From NCBI GenBank assembly GCA_015484945.1, contig WFUO01000064.1, positions 1,373 to 65,372 on the forward strand: DNA of 64,000 nucleotides, given 5' to 3'. The stretch comes from Gammaproteobacteria bacterium (lineage in GTDB: Bacteria > Pseudomonadota > Gammaproteobacteria > WFUO01). How positions within the stretch are numbered: position 1 is the stretch's first letter; each line of letters starts with the position of its first letter. Made by a program: the position numbers and the translations under genes. Under the pieces are notes generated by a model, which saw only the letters and a program-made list of their open reading frames with translations, made no database searches and had not been told where the DNA came from. Positions 1-9,190 of this stretch are shown in pieces.

Positions 1-1763
1 AGATGGCGGCCGGCCTCGATATGCAGGCCGGGTTCGTCGCTCAGACAGGGGCAGGTCAGGTTCAGCGTCACGGCGCGTTCGGCCAGACAACACAGGGTAT
101 CGAGTTCGGCCAGGGCCGTGGCACAGCGGTGCAGGGGCTGCAGGTGGTCAGAAAGTTGTTCGAGCAACCGGTTGTATAGCGACTTCTCGCAGGCCAGGGC
201 GCGTTCACGCGCGCTGAGCACCTTGTCTTCGAAATCCTTCAGCTCGGCTGTGGTGTAGCGTTCGACGTTCTTGAGCGTCTGGCGGCGGATGAAGTGTTCC
301 GGTACCTGGTCGGCCTGTGCCTTGCCGACTTCCAGGTAATAGCCGTGTACACGGTTGTATTTGACCTTGAGGCTGGCGATGCCGCTGTGTTCACGTTCGC
401 GTTGTTCCAGGTCGAGCAGGAACTGGTCGGCATTGGCGCTGAGTGCGCGTAGTTCGTCGAGCTCGGCATCGTAGCCGGGTGCGATGACGCCGCCATCACG
501 AATCAGTTGCGGCGGCTCATCGACAATGGCGCGTTGCAGCAGTGTCAGGGTGTCATCGTGGCGGCCAAGGCCTTCGTCGATATCGGCCAGCAGCGGCTGA
601 TCCAGGCCAGCCAGGCGTGTGTGCAGGTCCGGCAACAGTTGCAGGGTTGCGCGCAGACCGGTCAGATCCCGTGGTCGCGCCGATCCCAGCGCCACGCGCG
701 CGAGTATGCGTTCGATGTCGTGTATGCCGGACAGCACGTCGTGGAAGCCCGCGTATCGCTGATCCTCGATCAGTGCCGTGATGGCGGCCTGACGCTGGCA
801 GAGCACGTCACGGTCACGCAATGGCCTGCGCAGCCAGCGCCGCAGCATGCGGCCGCCCATGCTACTGGCAGTCTGGTCCATGACGGCCGCGAGGGTATGT
901 TCGTTACGTCCGGAGAGATTGTGTTCCAGTTCCAGGTTGCGGCGCGTGGCGGCGTCGAGAATGATGCTGTCGTCACGGCGTTCGGTACGCAGCCCGCATA
1001 TGTGTGGCAGGGCGGTGCGCTGGGTGTGGCGCGCATGCTCGAGCAGACACCCGGCCGCGCCGATGGCCAGGGGCATGTCGGCGCACCCGAACCCCGTCAG
1101 GTCACGGGTGCCGAACTGTTCGCATAGCTGGCGATTGGCGCTGTCGGGGTCGAACAGCCAGGGGGGATGCCGTTGCAGGCCGGGACGTTCCAGTTCGCCA
1201 AGCAGGGGGTGGTCCTCGTTGACCAGGGTTTCGGCGGGCGCCAGGCGTTCCAGTTCGCCCTCCAGGGCCTCGCGGCCATGGAGCTCCATGACCGTGAAAC
1301 GGCCACTGGCCATATCCAGCCAGGCCAGACCGAAATCATCACCGTGGCCGTGAATGGCCAGCAGCAGGTTCTCACGGCGTTCCTCGAGCAGGGCCTCGTC
1401 GGTGACCGTGCCGGGCGTAACGATACGCACGACCTTGCGTTCGACCGGGCCCTTGCTGGTTGCCGGATCACCGATCTGCTCACAAATCGCTACCGATTCT
1501 CCCATGCGCACGAGGCGTGCCAGATAGCCATCGACCGCATGGTACGGAATGCCCGCCATCGGGATCGGCTCACCAGCCGACTGGCCACGCGTGGTGAGGG
1601 TAATGTCGAGCAGGTGCGCGGCCTTGCGCGCATCGTCGTAGAACAGTTCATAGAAATCGCCCATGCGGTAGAACACCAGAATATCGGGATGCTCGGCCTT
1701 GATGCGCAGGTATTGCTGCATCATGGGGGTGTGTGCGGGGCGCTTGTTTGCGGTCTCGGCCAT
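1..1763 (-). CDS. mutS: DNA mismatch repair protein MutS, N-terminal ~587 codons (gene continues beyond window start)
   Basis: Reverse-strand ATG at 1763-1761 opens a frame reading [49 protein letters not shown]..., the canonical MutS N-terminus. The frame stays open to position 1, so it has no in-window stop and is absent from the ORF track. The + ORFs 507-1127 and 1167-1856 are antisense shadows. Confidence 0.93.
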   Translation of the reverse strand, partial: MAETANKRPAHTPMMQQYLRIKAEHPDILVFYRMGDFYELFYDDARKAAHLLDITLTTRGQSAGEPIPMAGIPYHAVDGYLARLVRMGESVAICEQIGDPATSKGPVERKVVRIVTPGTVTDEALLEERRENLLLAIHGHGDDFGLAWLDMASGRFTVMELHGREALEGELERLAPAETLVNEDHPLLGELERPGLQRHPPWLFDPDSANRQLCEQFGTRDLTGFGCADMPLAIGAAGCLLEHARHTQRTALPHICGLRTERRDDSIILDAATRRNLELEHNLSGRNEHTLAAVMDQTASSMGGRMLRRWLRRPLRDRDVLCQRQAAITALIEDQRYAGFHDVLSGIHDIERILARVALGSARPRDLTGLRATLQLLPDLHTRLAGLDQPLLADIDEGLGRHDDTLTLLQRAIVDEPPQLIRDGGVIAPGYDAELDELRALSANADQFLLDLEQREREHSGIASLKVKYNRVHGYYLEVGKAQADQVPEHFIRRQTLKNVERYTTAELKDFEDKVLSARERALACEKSLYNRLLEQLSDHLQPLHRCATALAELDTLCCLAERAVTLNLTCPCLSDEPGLHIEAGRH

Positions 1764-1924
1764 GCGCGCAGTGTAGCGAATATCGGCCAGCGTCGTACAG
1801 GTCGGACAGTGGCAATCACGGTCGCTATCGTCCAGAATCAGACGGGACGGTCATGACTTCGCGTCCGTTACCGATGACCGCGGAGCGTGCGTGCCCCCAT
1901 TTCAACCACAAGGCAGGTAAAAGT

Positions 1925-2227
1925 ATGGTCGATTCGTCAGATCAGCGTGATTTTCACCGCATGACGGTGGCGTGTCCCATCCGTTTTCGCAAAACGGATG
2001 AAGAGGATTTTCGTACCGGTACCGCCAACAACATCAGCGCTGGTGGCGTACAGTTCTCCTGTGGCGAGTCTTTCTCGCCCGGTGACACGGTCGAGGTGAT
2101 GATCGAACCCGGCGTGGCCCTGACCCCACCCCTGCATGCGCGGGTTGAGGTGGTGCGCTGTGATGAATCCGGGCAGCAGCCGGGTGACTACGATGTCGCC
2201 TGCAGGATCCGTCAGATCCTGGACTGA
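1925..2227 (+). CDS. Stand-alone PilZ domain protein (c-di-GMP binding type)
   Basis: Part of ORF 1733-2227. From ATG 1925 it reads MVDSSDQRDFHRMTV...NISAGG, which carries the PilZ RxxxR and (D/N)xSxxG motifs. An AGG-rich RBS lies upstream. Alternative start at 1853. Confidence 0.7.
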   Translation: MVDSSDQRDFHRMTVACPIRFRKTDEEDFRTGTANNISAGGVQFSCGESFSPGDTVEVMIEPGVALTPPLHARVEVVRCDESGQQPGDYDVACRIRQILD

Positions 2228-2722
2228 ATGACGATCATGAGCATCGATGCCCTGGCGCACCGGCTCGTTCACCGTTTGCGGGAGACCGGCCAGCTGCTCG
2301 CCACAGCCGAATCCTGTACCGGTGGGTGGGTGGCCCAGGCGGTGACGGCGATCCCGGGCTCATCGAACTGCTTCGATCGCGGATTCGTGACCTATTCGAA
2401 CCGCGCCAAGCAGGAAATGCTGGGGGTTGCGGCACAGACCCTCGCGCAGCATGGCGCGGTCAGCGAGGCCGTGGTACGCGAGATGGCGGCCGGCGCGCTG
2501 GCCAACAGTCCGGCTGATCTGGTGGTATCCATCAGCGGTATCGCCGGGCCGGGCGGCGGTAGCCCCGACAAGCCGGTTGGCACGGTCTGGATTGCCTGGC
2601 AAAAGCGTGGATTGGCCGCATGTGTCAGCGGTTTCCGTTTCGCCGGTGAGCGTGAGCAGGTTCGTCAGCAGGCCGTTGACATGGCCCTGCGCGGTCTGCT
2701 GGACATTGCCGATGCCGTCTGA
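2228..2722 (+). CDS. pncC: Nicotinamide-nucleotide amidohydrolase PncC / CinA C-terminal domain protein
   Basis: 164 aa: LATAESCTGGWVAQAVTAIPGSSNCFDRGFVTYSNRAKQEMLGV...ISGIAGPGGGSPDKPVGTVWIA, typical of the CinA/PncC family. Its ATG directly abuts the PilZ stop. Confidence 0.85.
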   Translation: MTIMSIDALAHRLVHRLRETGQLLATAESCTGGWVAQAVTAIPGSSNCFDRGFVTYSNRAKQEMLGVAAQTLAQHGAVSEAVVREMAAGALANSPADLVVSISGIAGPGGGSPDKPVGTVWIAWQKRGLAACVSGFRFAGEREQVRQQAVDMALRGLLDIADAV

Positions 2723-3266
2723 TTCACATGACGAACACGCCAGCCGGGCGTCCGGCCGACAGCGCCTGTTCACCGCCCTGTATCCCGATGCCGATGTCCG
2801 CCGGCAGCTGGCACGTTTGACGCGCAGCTACCGGCATGGACGTGCTGTCACAAGGGACAACCTGCACATGACCCTGGTGTTTCTTGGCATGCTCGATGCC
2901 GGCCAAGCCGCTTGCGCTTGCGAGATCGTGCGTGGCGTCCGCGCCACGGCGCTGAGCCTGCGCATCGACACCCTGGAGGTGTTTCAGCGTGCGCGCATCC
3001 TGTGGGCCGGGTGCAGCCAGGTACCCCGGGCGCTGTGGGAACTGCAGCACGATCTGGCCAGTGCACTCGCGGCGTGTGGTTATCGTGCCATGCATGAACA
3101 GTGGCGGCCGCATGTGACCCTGCGCCGGCACTGGACACAGCCGCCGCCGGAGGCGGATTTCACTCCCATCGTCTGGCGCGCGGACCGGCTGGTACTGTTT
3201 CGGTCAGATAACTCGCCGGCGGGGGTACGCTATACCCCGGTCGTGACACGGGAACTCATTGTCTGA
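2712..3266 (+). CDS. thpR: RNA 2',3'-cyclic phosphodiesterase / 2'-5' RNA ligase family (ThpR/LigT)
   Basis: C-terminal part of ORF 2427-3266. Two HxT motifs are present (HMTLVFLG and HVTLRR) and the length is ~184 aa. The in-frame ATG at 2712 overlaps the pncC end by 11 nt. Confidence 0.8.
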   Translation: MPSDSHDEHASRASGRQRLFTALYPDADVRRQLARLTRSYRHGRAVTRDNLHMTLVFLGMLDAGQAACACEIVRGVRATALSLRIDTLEVFQRARILWAGCSQVPRALWELQHDLASALAACGYRAMHEQWRPHVTLRRHWTQPPPEADFTPIVWRADRLVLFRSDNSPAGVRYTPVVTRELIV

Positions 3267-3394
3267 CAGGCTGTTATGCCCCATGCCAATTGCCGCTTTC
3301 CGGCCCCTGGGAATTTTGTGATAATCGGTTGCAGGATACACGCTGAGGACAGGGACCAGGGTCCGGGACATCATCATCTGCAAAGAGGGTCAGA

Positions 3395-4423
3395 ATGGAC
3401 GAGAACAAGAAGAAGGCGCTCAGTGCGGCGCTGGGACAGATCGAGAAGCAGTTCGGCAAGGGCTCGGTCATGCGCATGGGGGATGGCACCGCCGTCCGTG
3501 ACATCGAGGCCATCTCGACCGGTTCGCTGGGGCTGGACATCGCGCTCGGTATCGGCGGTCTGCCACGCGGCAGGGTGGTGGAGATCTACGGCCCGGAATC
3601 GTCCGGCAAGACCACGCTGACCCTGCAGGTCGTGGCAGAGGCACAGAAACTGGGTGGCACGGCGGCCTTCATCGATGCCGAGCATGCGCTGGATCCGGTG
3701 TATGCCGAGAAACTTGGCGTGGATGTTGACGAACTGCTGGTCTCGCAGCCCGATACCGGCGAGCAGGCGCTCGAGATCACCGACATGCTGGTGCGTTCGG
3801 GCGCCGTCGATGTCGTGGTCGTCGATTCGGTCGCGGCGTTGACGCCCAAGGCCGAGATCGAAGGCGACATGGGGGATTCCCACGTTGGTCTGCAGGCGCG
3901 TCTGATGTCGCAGGCCTTGCGCAAGCTCACCGCCAACATCAAGCGTTCCAATACGCTGGTAATCTTCATCAACCAGATACGTATGAAGATTGGTGTCATG
4001 TTCGGCAGTCCGGAGACCACCACCGGCGGCAACGCCTTGAAGTTCTATTCATCCGTACGCCTGGATATCCGCCGTATCGGCGCGATCAAGAAGGGTGACG
4101 AGGTGGTCGGCAACGAGACCCGGGTCAAGGTGGTCAAGAACAAGGTCGCGCCGCCATTCAAGCAGGCAGAGTTCGAGATCCTCTACGGTGAGGGCATTTC
4201 GCGCGAGGGCGAGCTGATCGATCTCGGTGTCAAACATGGCTTCGTGGACAAGTCCGGCTCGTGGTACAGCTACAATGGCGATCGTATTGGCCAGGGCAAG
4301 GACAATGTGCGCAACTATCTCAAGGAACACCCGGATACCGCTGCCGAGATCGAGGCGGCGATCCGCGACAAGCTGCTGGCGGTAAAGCCCGAGCCGCAGG
4401 ACGAGGAACAGACCGAAGCCTGA
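3395..4423 (+). CDS. recA: Recombinase RecA
   Basis: 342 aa: [30 protein letters not shown]...[13 protein letters not shown] (Walker A), full-length RecA. Confidence 0.98.
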   Translation: MDENKKKALSAALGQIEKQFGKGSVMRMGDGTAVRDIEAISTGSLGLDIALGIGGLPRGRVVEIYGPESSGKTTLTLQVVAEAQKLGGTAAFIDAEHALDPVYAEKLGVDVDELLVSQPDTGEQALEITDMLVRSGAVDVVVVDSVAALTPKAEIEGDMGDSHVGLQARLMSQALRKLTANIKRSNTLVIFINQIRMKIGVMFGSPETTTGGNALKFYSSVRLDIRRIGAIKKGDEVVGNETRVKVVKNKVAPPFKQAEFEILYGEGISREGELIDLGVKHGFVDKSGSWYSYNGDRIGQGKDNVRNYLKEHPDTAAEIEAAIRDKLLAVKPEPQDEEQTEA

Positions 4424-4535
4424 GAGGCACTGGCAGGCCTGCAGTCCAACACAGGGATCACGCAGGCGCAGCGTCACCATGGAGTGATTCAATACACGGC
4501 GGGTAAAGGTGCGGCGGGCGCAAGGACCTGAATTG

Positions 4536-4570
4536 GCGGGATACAGACATCAGCCCGCTTTTCTCTTGTT
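4536..4570 (+). terminator. Weak candidate intrinsic terminator after recA
   Basis: A 5-bp stem gcggg/cccgc with a 13-nt loop, followed by the T-rich tract ttttctcttgtttcc. The stem is short. Confidence 0.3.
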
Positions 4571-4669
4571 TCCTGTATCTTTAATCTCTGTTCTTCTTGA
4601 TATATGGCGCGGTCAGGCCCATGTTTGATGTTGACAGGGGTATCATCACGTCATTCCGAGGAGCAAGCC

Positions 4670-5215
4670 ATGAACAGGAACAAGATCCCGCCTCCCAGCG
4701 ATCTGATCGAGGCCATGGGCGAGGCCTATGAGCTGCTGTTGGAAAAATCGCTCGACGAGGCACACAGGCTCGAGAAGAAAACCGGTCCGGCGCTGCACCG
4801 GATCATCGACAAGGTGGCCGAGGAGACCTCCGCGCTCGGCGAGCTGAGCAAGGAAGAGGCCGCCAGGGTGGCTGGGTTTCTCAAGCGTGACCTGACCGAT
4901 GCCGCGCATTTCATGCACGAAACCGGGCGCAGTCTGAAGGATTGGCTGGGTTTCGATCTGATGTACCTTGAGGATCGCCTGCGCGATCTGCTGTTCAGGG
5001 CGGCTGACCAGACCACGGTGGAGCTGATGGCGCTGAAGGAGCAGGCCATGGCCGCCGAATACCATACCGGCGAGATCGCCGGCCCCGGCAATCTGATCTG
5101 CGACAAGTGTGGCGAGAAATTGCATTTCGAGAAACCGGGTCACATTCCACCATGCCCAAAGTGCCGGGCGACCGTCTTCCATCGTGAGGGCTGGGCAAGG
5201 CAGGAAAACCGCTGA
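4670..5215 (+). CDS. Zinc-ribbon protein, DUF1451 (YbeL-like) family
   Basis: ATG 4670 is preceded by a GAGGAG RBS. The protein is helical and charged at the N-terminus and has the C-terminal zinc ribbon NLICDKCGEKLHF...PPCPKCRATVF. Confidence 0.65.
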   Translation: MNRNKIPPPSDLIEAMGEAYELLLEKSLDEAHRLEKKTGPALHRIIDKVAEETSALGELSKEEAARVAGFLKRDLTDAAHFMHETGRSLKDWLGFDLMYLEDRLRDLLFRAADQTTVELMALKEQAMAAEYHTGEIAGPGNLICDKCGEKLHFEKPGHIPPCPKCRATVFHREGWARQENR

Positions 5216-5283
5216 CTCATCCTGTGATCGGCGGCCCGGGGGACCGCGCCGCAGGACCACAGGCAGACACAAGGGATAAGGAG

Positions 5284-7701
5284 ATGGCCCGTTTCATTCG
5301 CTGGTTCAACGAGATCGGCCTGACTGACGTTGGTCTGGTGGGCGGCAAGAATGCCTCCCTGGGCGAGATGTATCGTGAGCTGACGCCACAGGGCATCAAG
5401 GTGCCAAACGGCTTTGCGATCACCGCCGAGGCCTATCATCATGTATTGAAACAGGCCGGCGCCACAGACACGTTGCGCCGGATTCTCGACGGTCTCGATC
5501 CCGGCGATGTCTCGGATCTGGCCGATCGCGGACGGCGTGCGCGCGAGCTGATTCATTCGGCGCCGATACCCGCGGATCTCGAGGCAGAGATACTGGATGC
5601 ATGGGAGACCCTGCGTGAGGAATATGGCGAAGGCCTGAGCGTGGCCGTCAGATCGTCGGCCACGGCCGAGGACCTGCCCAATGCCAGTTTTGCCGGGCAG
5701 CAGGAGACTTATCTCAATATCAGTGGCAAGGCCGCACTGCTGGATGCCTGCCGGCGTTGTTTTGCCAGCCTGTTCACCGATCGCGCCATTCACTACCGTA
5801 TCGACCAGGGATTCGATCATTTCAGTGTCGGCCTGTCGATCGGTGTGATGAAGATGGTGCGTTCCGATCTCGCCGCCAGCGGCGTGATGTTCTCGCTCGA
5901 CACGGATACCGGTTTCCGAGACGTGGTATTCATCACCGCCGCCTGGGGTCTGGGCGAGACCGTGGTTCAGGGCAGCGTGGAACCGGACGAGTTCTATGTT
6001 CACAAGCAGACCTACGAAAAGGGTCACCGGTGTGTGTTGCGCCGTCATCTGGGCAGCAAGCGCACCCGCATGGTCTATGCCAGTGGTGGCAGCCGTGAGA
6101 CCACGCGTATCGAGCCGGTGCCCGAGCCCGAGCGTCGTCGTTTCTGCATTACCGATGAGGAGGTGCTCAAACTGGCCGGTTACGCGATCGCGCTCGAGCG
6201 CCACTACAGCGACAAGGCCGGTGAGCATCGGCCACTGGATATGGAGTGGGCAAAGGATGGTATCGATGGCGAACTCTATCTCGTTCAGGCCCGTCCCGAG
6301 ACCATAGCTGCCCGGCGCCAGGCTCATGAACTCGAGTACTATCATCTGGACGGGCAGAGTGAGGTGCTGGTGCGCGGTTACGCCGTTGGTACGCGTATCG
6401 CCACGGGACGGGCGCGCTTCATCGCTGATGTCGCGCATTTGCACGAGTTCAGGCCGGGTGAGGTTCTGGTGGCCGAGACCACCACTCCTGACTGGGAACC
6501 GGTCATGAAACAGGCGTCGGCCATCGTCACCGACCGCGGCGGCCGCACCTGCCATGCCGCCATCGTGGCGCGCGAGCTGGGTATCGCGGCCGTGGTCGGC
6601 TGTAACGATGCCACTGAGCGTATCGCCACCGGTGAAGAGGTTACGGTATCGTGTGCTGGTGGCGACGAAGGGAGGGTGTATCGCGGCAAACTGGATTTTC
6701 ATGTCGAGCGTGTGGATCTAGGCGACATCGCCAAGCCAAATACACAGATCATGGTCAACCTCGGCAATCCTGATCTGGCCTTTTCCGTCAGCGCCCTGCC
6801 TGTGCAGGGCGTGGGCCTTGCGCGATTGGAATTCATCATCAACGAGAGCATCGGCATTCATCCGATGGCGCTGTTGCAGCCGCACCGAATCAGCGACCCC
6901 ATGGTGCGCCGGCGCATAGAATCCCGTATTCACGGCTATGACGATGGCGCAGGCTATTTTGTTCAGCGCCTGTCCGAAGGGGTGGGTACCATTGCCGCGG
7001 CATTCTGGCCACGTCCGGTGGTGGTGCGCCTGTCCGATTTCAAGAGCAATGAATACGCCAGTTTGCTGGGTGGCCGTGACTTCGAACCGCATGAGGAGAA
7101 CCCCATGATCGGTTTTCGCGGTGCCGCGCGTTATACCCATCCGGCGTTTGCCGAGGCCTTTGCGCTCGAATGCCGGGCCATGAAGCGGGTACGTGAAGAC
7201 ATGGGCCTGGACAACGTGATTCTGATGGTGCCGTTCTGCCGCCGTATCGACGAGGCGCAACGGGTGCTGGATGCACTGGCAGGAAACGGCCTGCGGCGCG
7301 GCGAGAACGGGTTGCAGATCTATATGATGTGCGAGATTCCCAACAATGTTATCCAGATCGACGCCTTCGCCAAGCTGTTCGACGGCTTTTCGATCGGTTC
7401 CAATGACCTCACCCAACTGACCCTGGGTGTGGACCGGGATTCTGCCATGGTGGGGGCGGATTTCGACGAGCGCGACCCCGGGGTGCTGGAGATGATACGC
7501 CTGGCCATCGAAGGCGCACGGCGCAATGGTCGTCATTCCGGCCTGTGTGGTCAGGCGCCGTCCGACTATCCGGAGGTGGCCGCATTTCTCGTGCGTCAGG
7601 GGATAGACTCGATCAGCCTGAACCCGGATACTGTACTCAAGACCATACGTCAGGTACTCGAGATCGAGAAGGAATCCGGCAGTGAAACCAGTGCCCGATG
7701 A
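5284..7701 (+). CDS. ppsA: Phosphoenolpyruvate synthase
   Basis: From ATG 5284 (AAGGAG RBS) it reads MARFIRWFNEIGLTDVGLVGGKNASLGEMY...TDRGGRTCHAAIVARELGIAAVVG (phosphohistidine swivel)...GSNDLTQL, ~805 aa. Confidence 0.95.
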   Translation: MARFIRWFNEIGLTDVGLVGGKNASLGEMYRELTPQGIKVPNGFAITAEAYHHVLKQAGATDTLRRILDGLDPGDVSDLADRGRRARELIHSAPIPADLEAEILDAWETLREEYGEGLSVAVRSSATAEDLPNASFAGQQETYLNISGKAALLDACRRCFASLFTDRAIHYRIDQGFDHFSVGLSIGVMKMVRSDLAASGVMFSLDTDTGFRDVVFITAAWGLGETVVQGSVEPDEFYVHKQTYEKGHRCVLRRHLGSKRTRMVYASGGSRETTRIEPVPEPERRRFCITDEEVLKLAGYAIALERHYSDKAGEHRPLDMEWAKDGIDGELYLVQARPETIAARRQAHELEYYHLDGQSEVLVRGYAVGTRIATGRARFIADVAHLHEFRPGEVLVAETTTPDWEPVMKQASAIVTDRGGRTCHAAIVARELGIAAVVGCNDATERIATGEEVTVSCAGGDEGRVYRGKLDFHVERVDLGDIAKPNTQIMVNLGNPDLAFSVSALPVQGVGLARLEFIINESIGIHPMALLQPHRISDPMVRRRIESRIHGYDDGAGYFVQRLSEGVGTIAAAFWPRPVVVRLSDFKSNEYASLLGGRDFEPHEENPMIGFRGAARYTHPAFAEAFALECRAMKRVREDMGLDNVILMVPFCRRIDEAQRVLDALAGNGLRRGENGLQIYMMCEIPNNVIQIDAFAKLFDGFSIGSNDLTQLTLGVDRDSAMVGADFDERDPGVLEMIRLAIEGARRNGRHSGLCGQAPSDYPEVAAFLVRQGIDSISLNPDTVLKTIRQVLEIEKESGSETSAR

Positions 7702-8650
7702 AATGAAGATCGTCGATGAACAGCGCCGTGAACCGCTTCCCGGTGACCGGCCAAAACCGGCGCGTGACGACCCCGGAGCGCTGGAGCGGATCGAACGTAT
7801 CAAGGCCAGTCCGACCTACCGCCTTGCCTATGAAGATTCGGATTTTCTCACCAGTGACGATACCCTGGCCGCGCGCCTGCTGCTCGAATACACCAAGCCC
7901 GAGCTGGAGTTGCGGCGCAAGGGCATCGAACACACGATCGTCGTGTTCGGCAGTACCCGAATCCCTGAACCGGCCGAGGCGCGCAGGCGGCTTGAGGCTG
8001 CCGAGCGCGCGTTGCGCAAGGATCCGGACGATCCCGGCCTGATTCGCCAGGTCCAGGTGGCGTTGCGCATCCTCGACAAGAGCCGCTACTACGAGGTGGC
8101 ACGTGACTTCGCCCGGCGTATCGGGGAATCAGGCCGCGGTCCTGACGACAACCGCGTCACCGTCATGACCGGCGGTGGCCCCGGTATCATGGAGGCTGCC
8201 AATCGTGGCGCCTGGGATGCAGGCGCCAGCACCATCGGCCTCAATATCCGCCTGCCGCATGAGCAGTTTCCCAATCCCTACATTACCCCCGAGCTGTGTT
8301 TCCAGTTTCATTATTTCGCCATCCGCAAGATGCACTTTCTGATGCGTGCCAAGGCCCTGGTCGCGTTCCCGGGGGGATATGGCACGCTCGACGAGTTGTA
8401 CGAGACCCTGACCCTGATCCAGACACGCAAGATAAAGCCACTGCCGGTGGTGCTGGTGGGTGAATCCTACTGGCGTCGTGTCGTGGATGTGGATTTTCTC
8501 GCCCAGGAAGGGGTGATCGACGAGGAGGACAAGGAGCTGTTTGCCTATGCCGAGACGGCCGACCAGATATGGGACTTCATCATGCACTGGCATCGCGCCT
8601 GCGGTTGTCCGTTGCCGGTCAATCATGAAGGGGAATCCTGCGATATCTGA
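7682..8650 (+). CDS. LOG family / TIGR00730 Rossmann-fold nucleotide 5'-monophosphate nucleosidase-like protein
   Basis: Contains VMTGGGPGIMEAANRGAWDAG...AFPGGYGTLDELYETLTLIQT, the LOG PGGxGTxxE motif. The GTG start at 7682 has an AAGGA RBS. An alternative ATG lies at 7703. Confidence 0.8.
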   Translation: MKPVPDEMKIVDEQRREPLPGDRPKPARDDPGALERIERIKASPTYRLAYEDSDFLTSDDTLAARLLLEYTKPELELRRKGIEHTIVVFGSTRIPEPAEARRRLEAAERALRKDPDDPGLIRQVQVALRILDKSRYYEVARDFARRIGESGRGPDDNRVTVMTGGGPGIMEAANRGAWDAGASTIGLNIRLPHEQFPNPYITPELCFQFHYFAIRKMHFLMRAKALVAFPGGYGTLDELYETLTLIQTRKIKPLPVVLVGESYWRRVVDVDFLAQEGVIDEEDKELFAYAETADQIWDFIMHWHRACGCPLPVNHEGESCDI

Positions 8651-8699
8651 GCGCGGCTTCCCTTGTGATACAATCGGGCGCGCACAGAAGGTGGATCAG

Positions 8700-9164
8700 A
8701 TGGAAGCAGACCGGGAGCAGGTGTCATTCGGCGAGGTCCAGACGCAGGCCCTGCGCCTGCTGTCGCGACGCGAACACTCGGTGCACGAACTCCGGCACAA
8801 GCTGAACGCGCGGGGTTTCGATGACGAGACCGTCGAAGCGGTTATTACCACCCTGATCGGCGAGGGCAGTCTGAGTGACAGCCGCTTTGCCGGCGAGTAT
8901 GTGCGCATGCGCACCGGCAAGGGTTACGGACCACTGCGCATACGCGCCGAGCTGGGTGAGCGGGGCATCGATGACAGCCTGATCGCACAGGCGCTGGACG
9001 ACTGGGAGGGTGACTGGCTGACATTGGCCGAACGGGTCAGACAGCGCAAGTTTGGCGGCACGCCGCCACGCGACTGGAACGAACGCGTCCGGCAGAGCCG
9101 CTTTTTGCAGTATCGCGGTTTCGACAGTGATACCATCGGCCGTCTGATGCGGATTGAAGCATAA
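8700..9164 (+). CDS. recX: Recombination regulator RecX
   Basis: From ATG 8700 it reads [41 protein letters not shown]...[11 protein letters not shown]..., ~154 aa with the RecX three-repeat helical pattern. Confidence 0.9.
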   Translation: MEADREQVSFGEVQTQALRLLSRREHSVHELRHKLNARGFDDETVEAVITTLIGEGSLSDSRFAGEYVRMRTGKGYGPLRIRAELGERGIDDSLIAQALDDWEGDWLTLAERVRQRKFGGTPPRDWNERVRQSRFLQYRGFDSDTIGRLMRIEA

Positions 9165-9190
9165 ATGAAAAACAGGATCTTGCAGAACCA

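Noticed and set aside
507-1856. + strand ORFs 507-1127 and 1167-1856
   Set aside because: They are antisense shadows of mutS, whose reverse-strand frame reads a canonical MutS N-terminus.
3267-3394. LexA/SOS box upstream of recA
   Set aside because: I looked for CTG-N10-CAG and related palindromes and found none, so no operator is annotated.
5140-6702. 520-aa ORF on the minus strand
   Set aside because: It is entirely antisense to ppsA. The sequence is low-complexity and Arg/Gly/Ala-rich with no family resemblance, a typical shadow ORF in GC-rich coding DNA.
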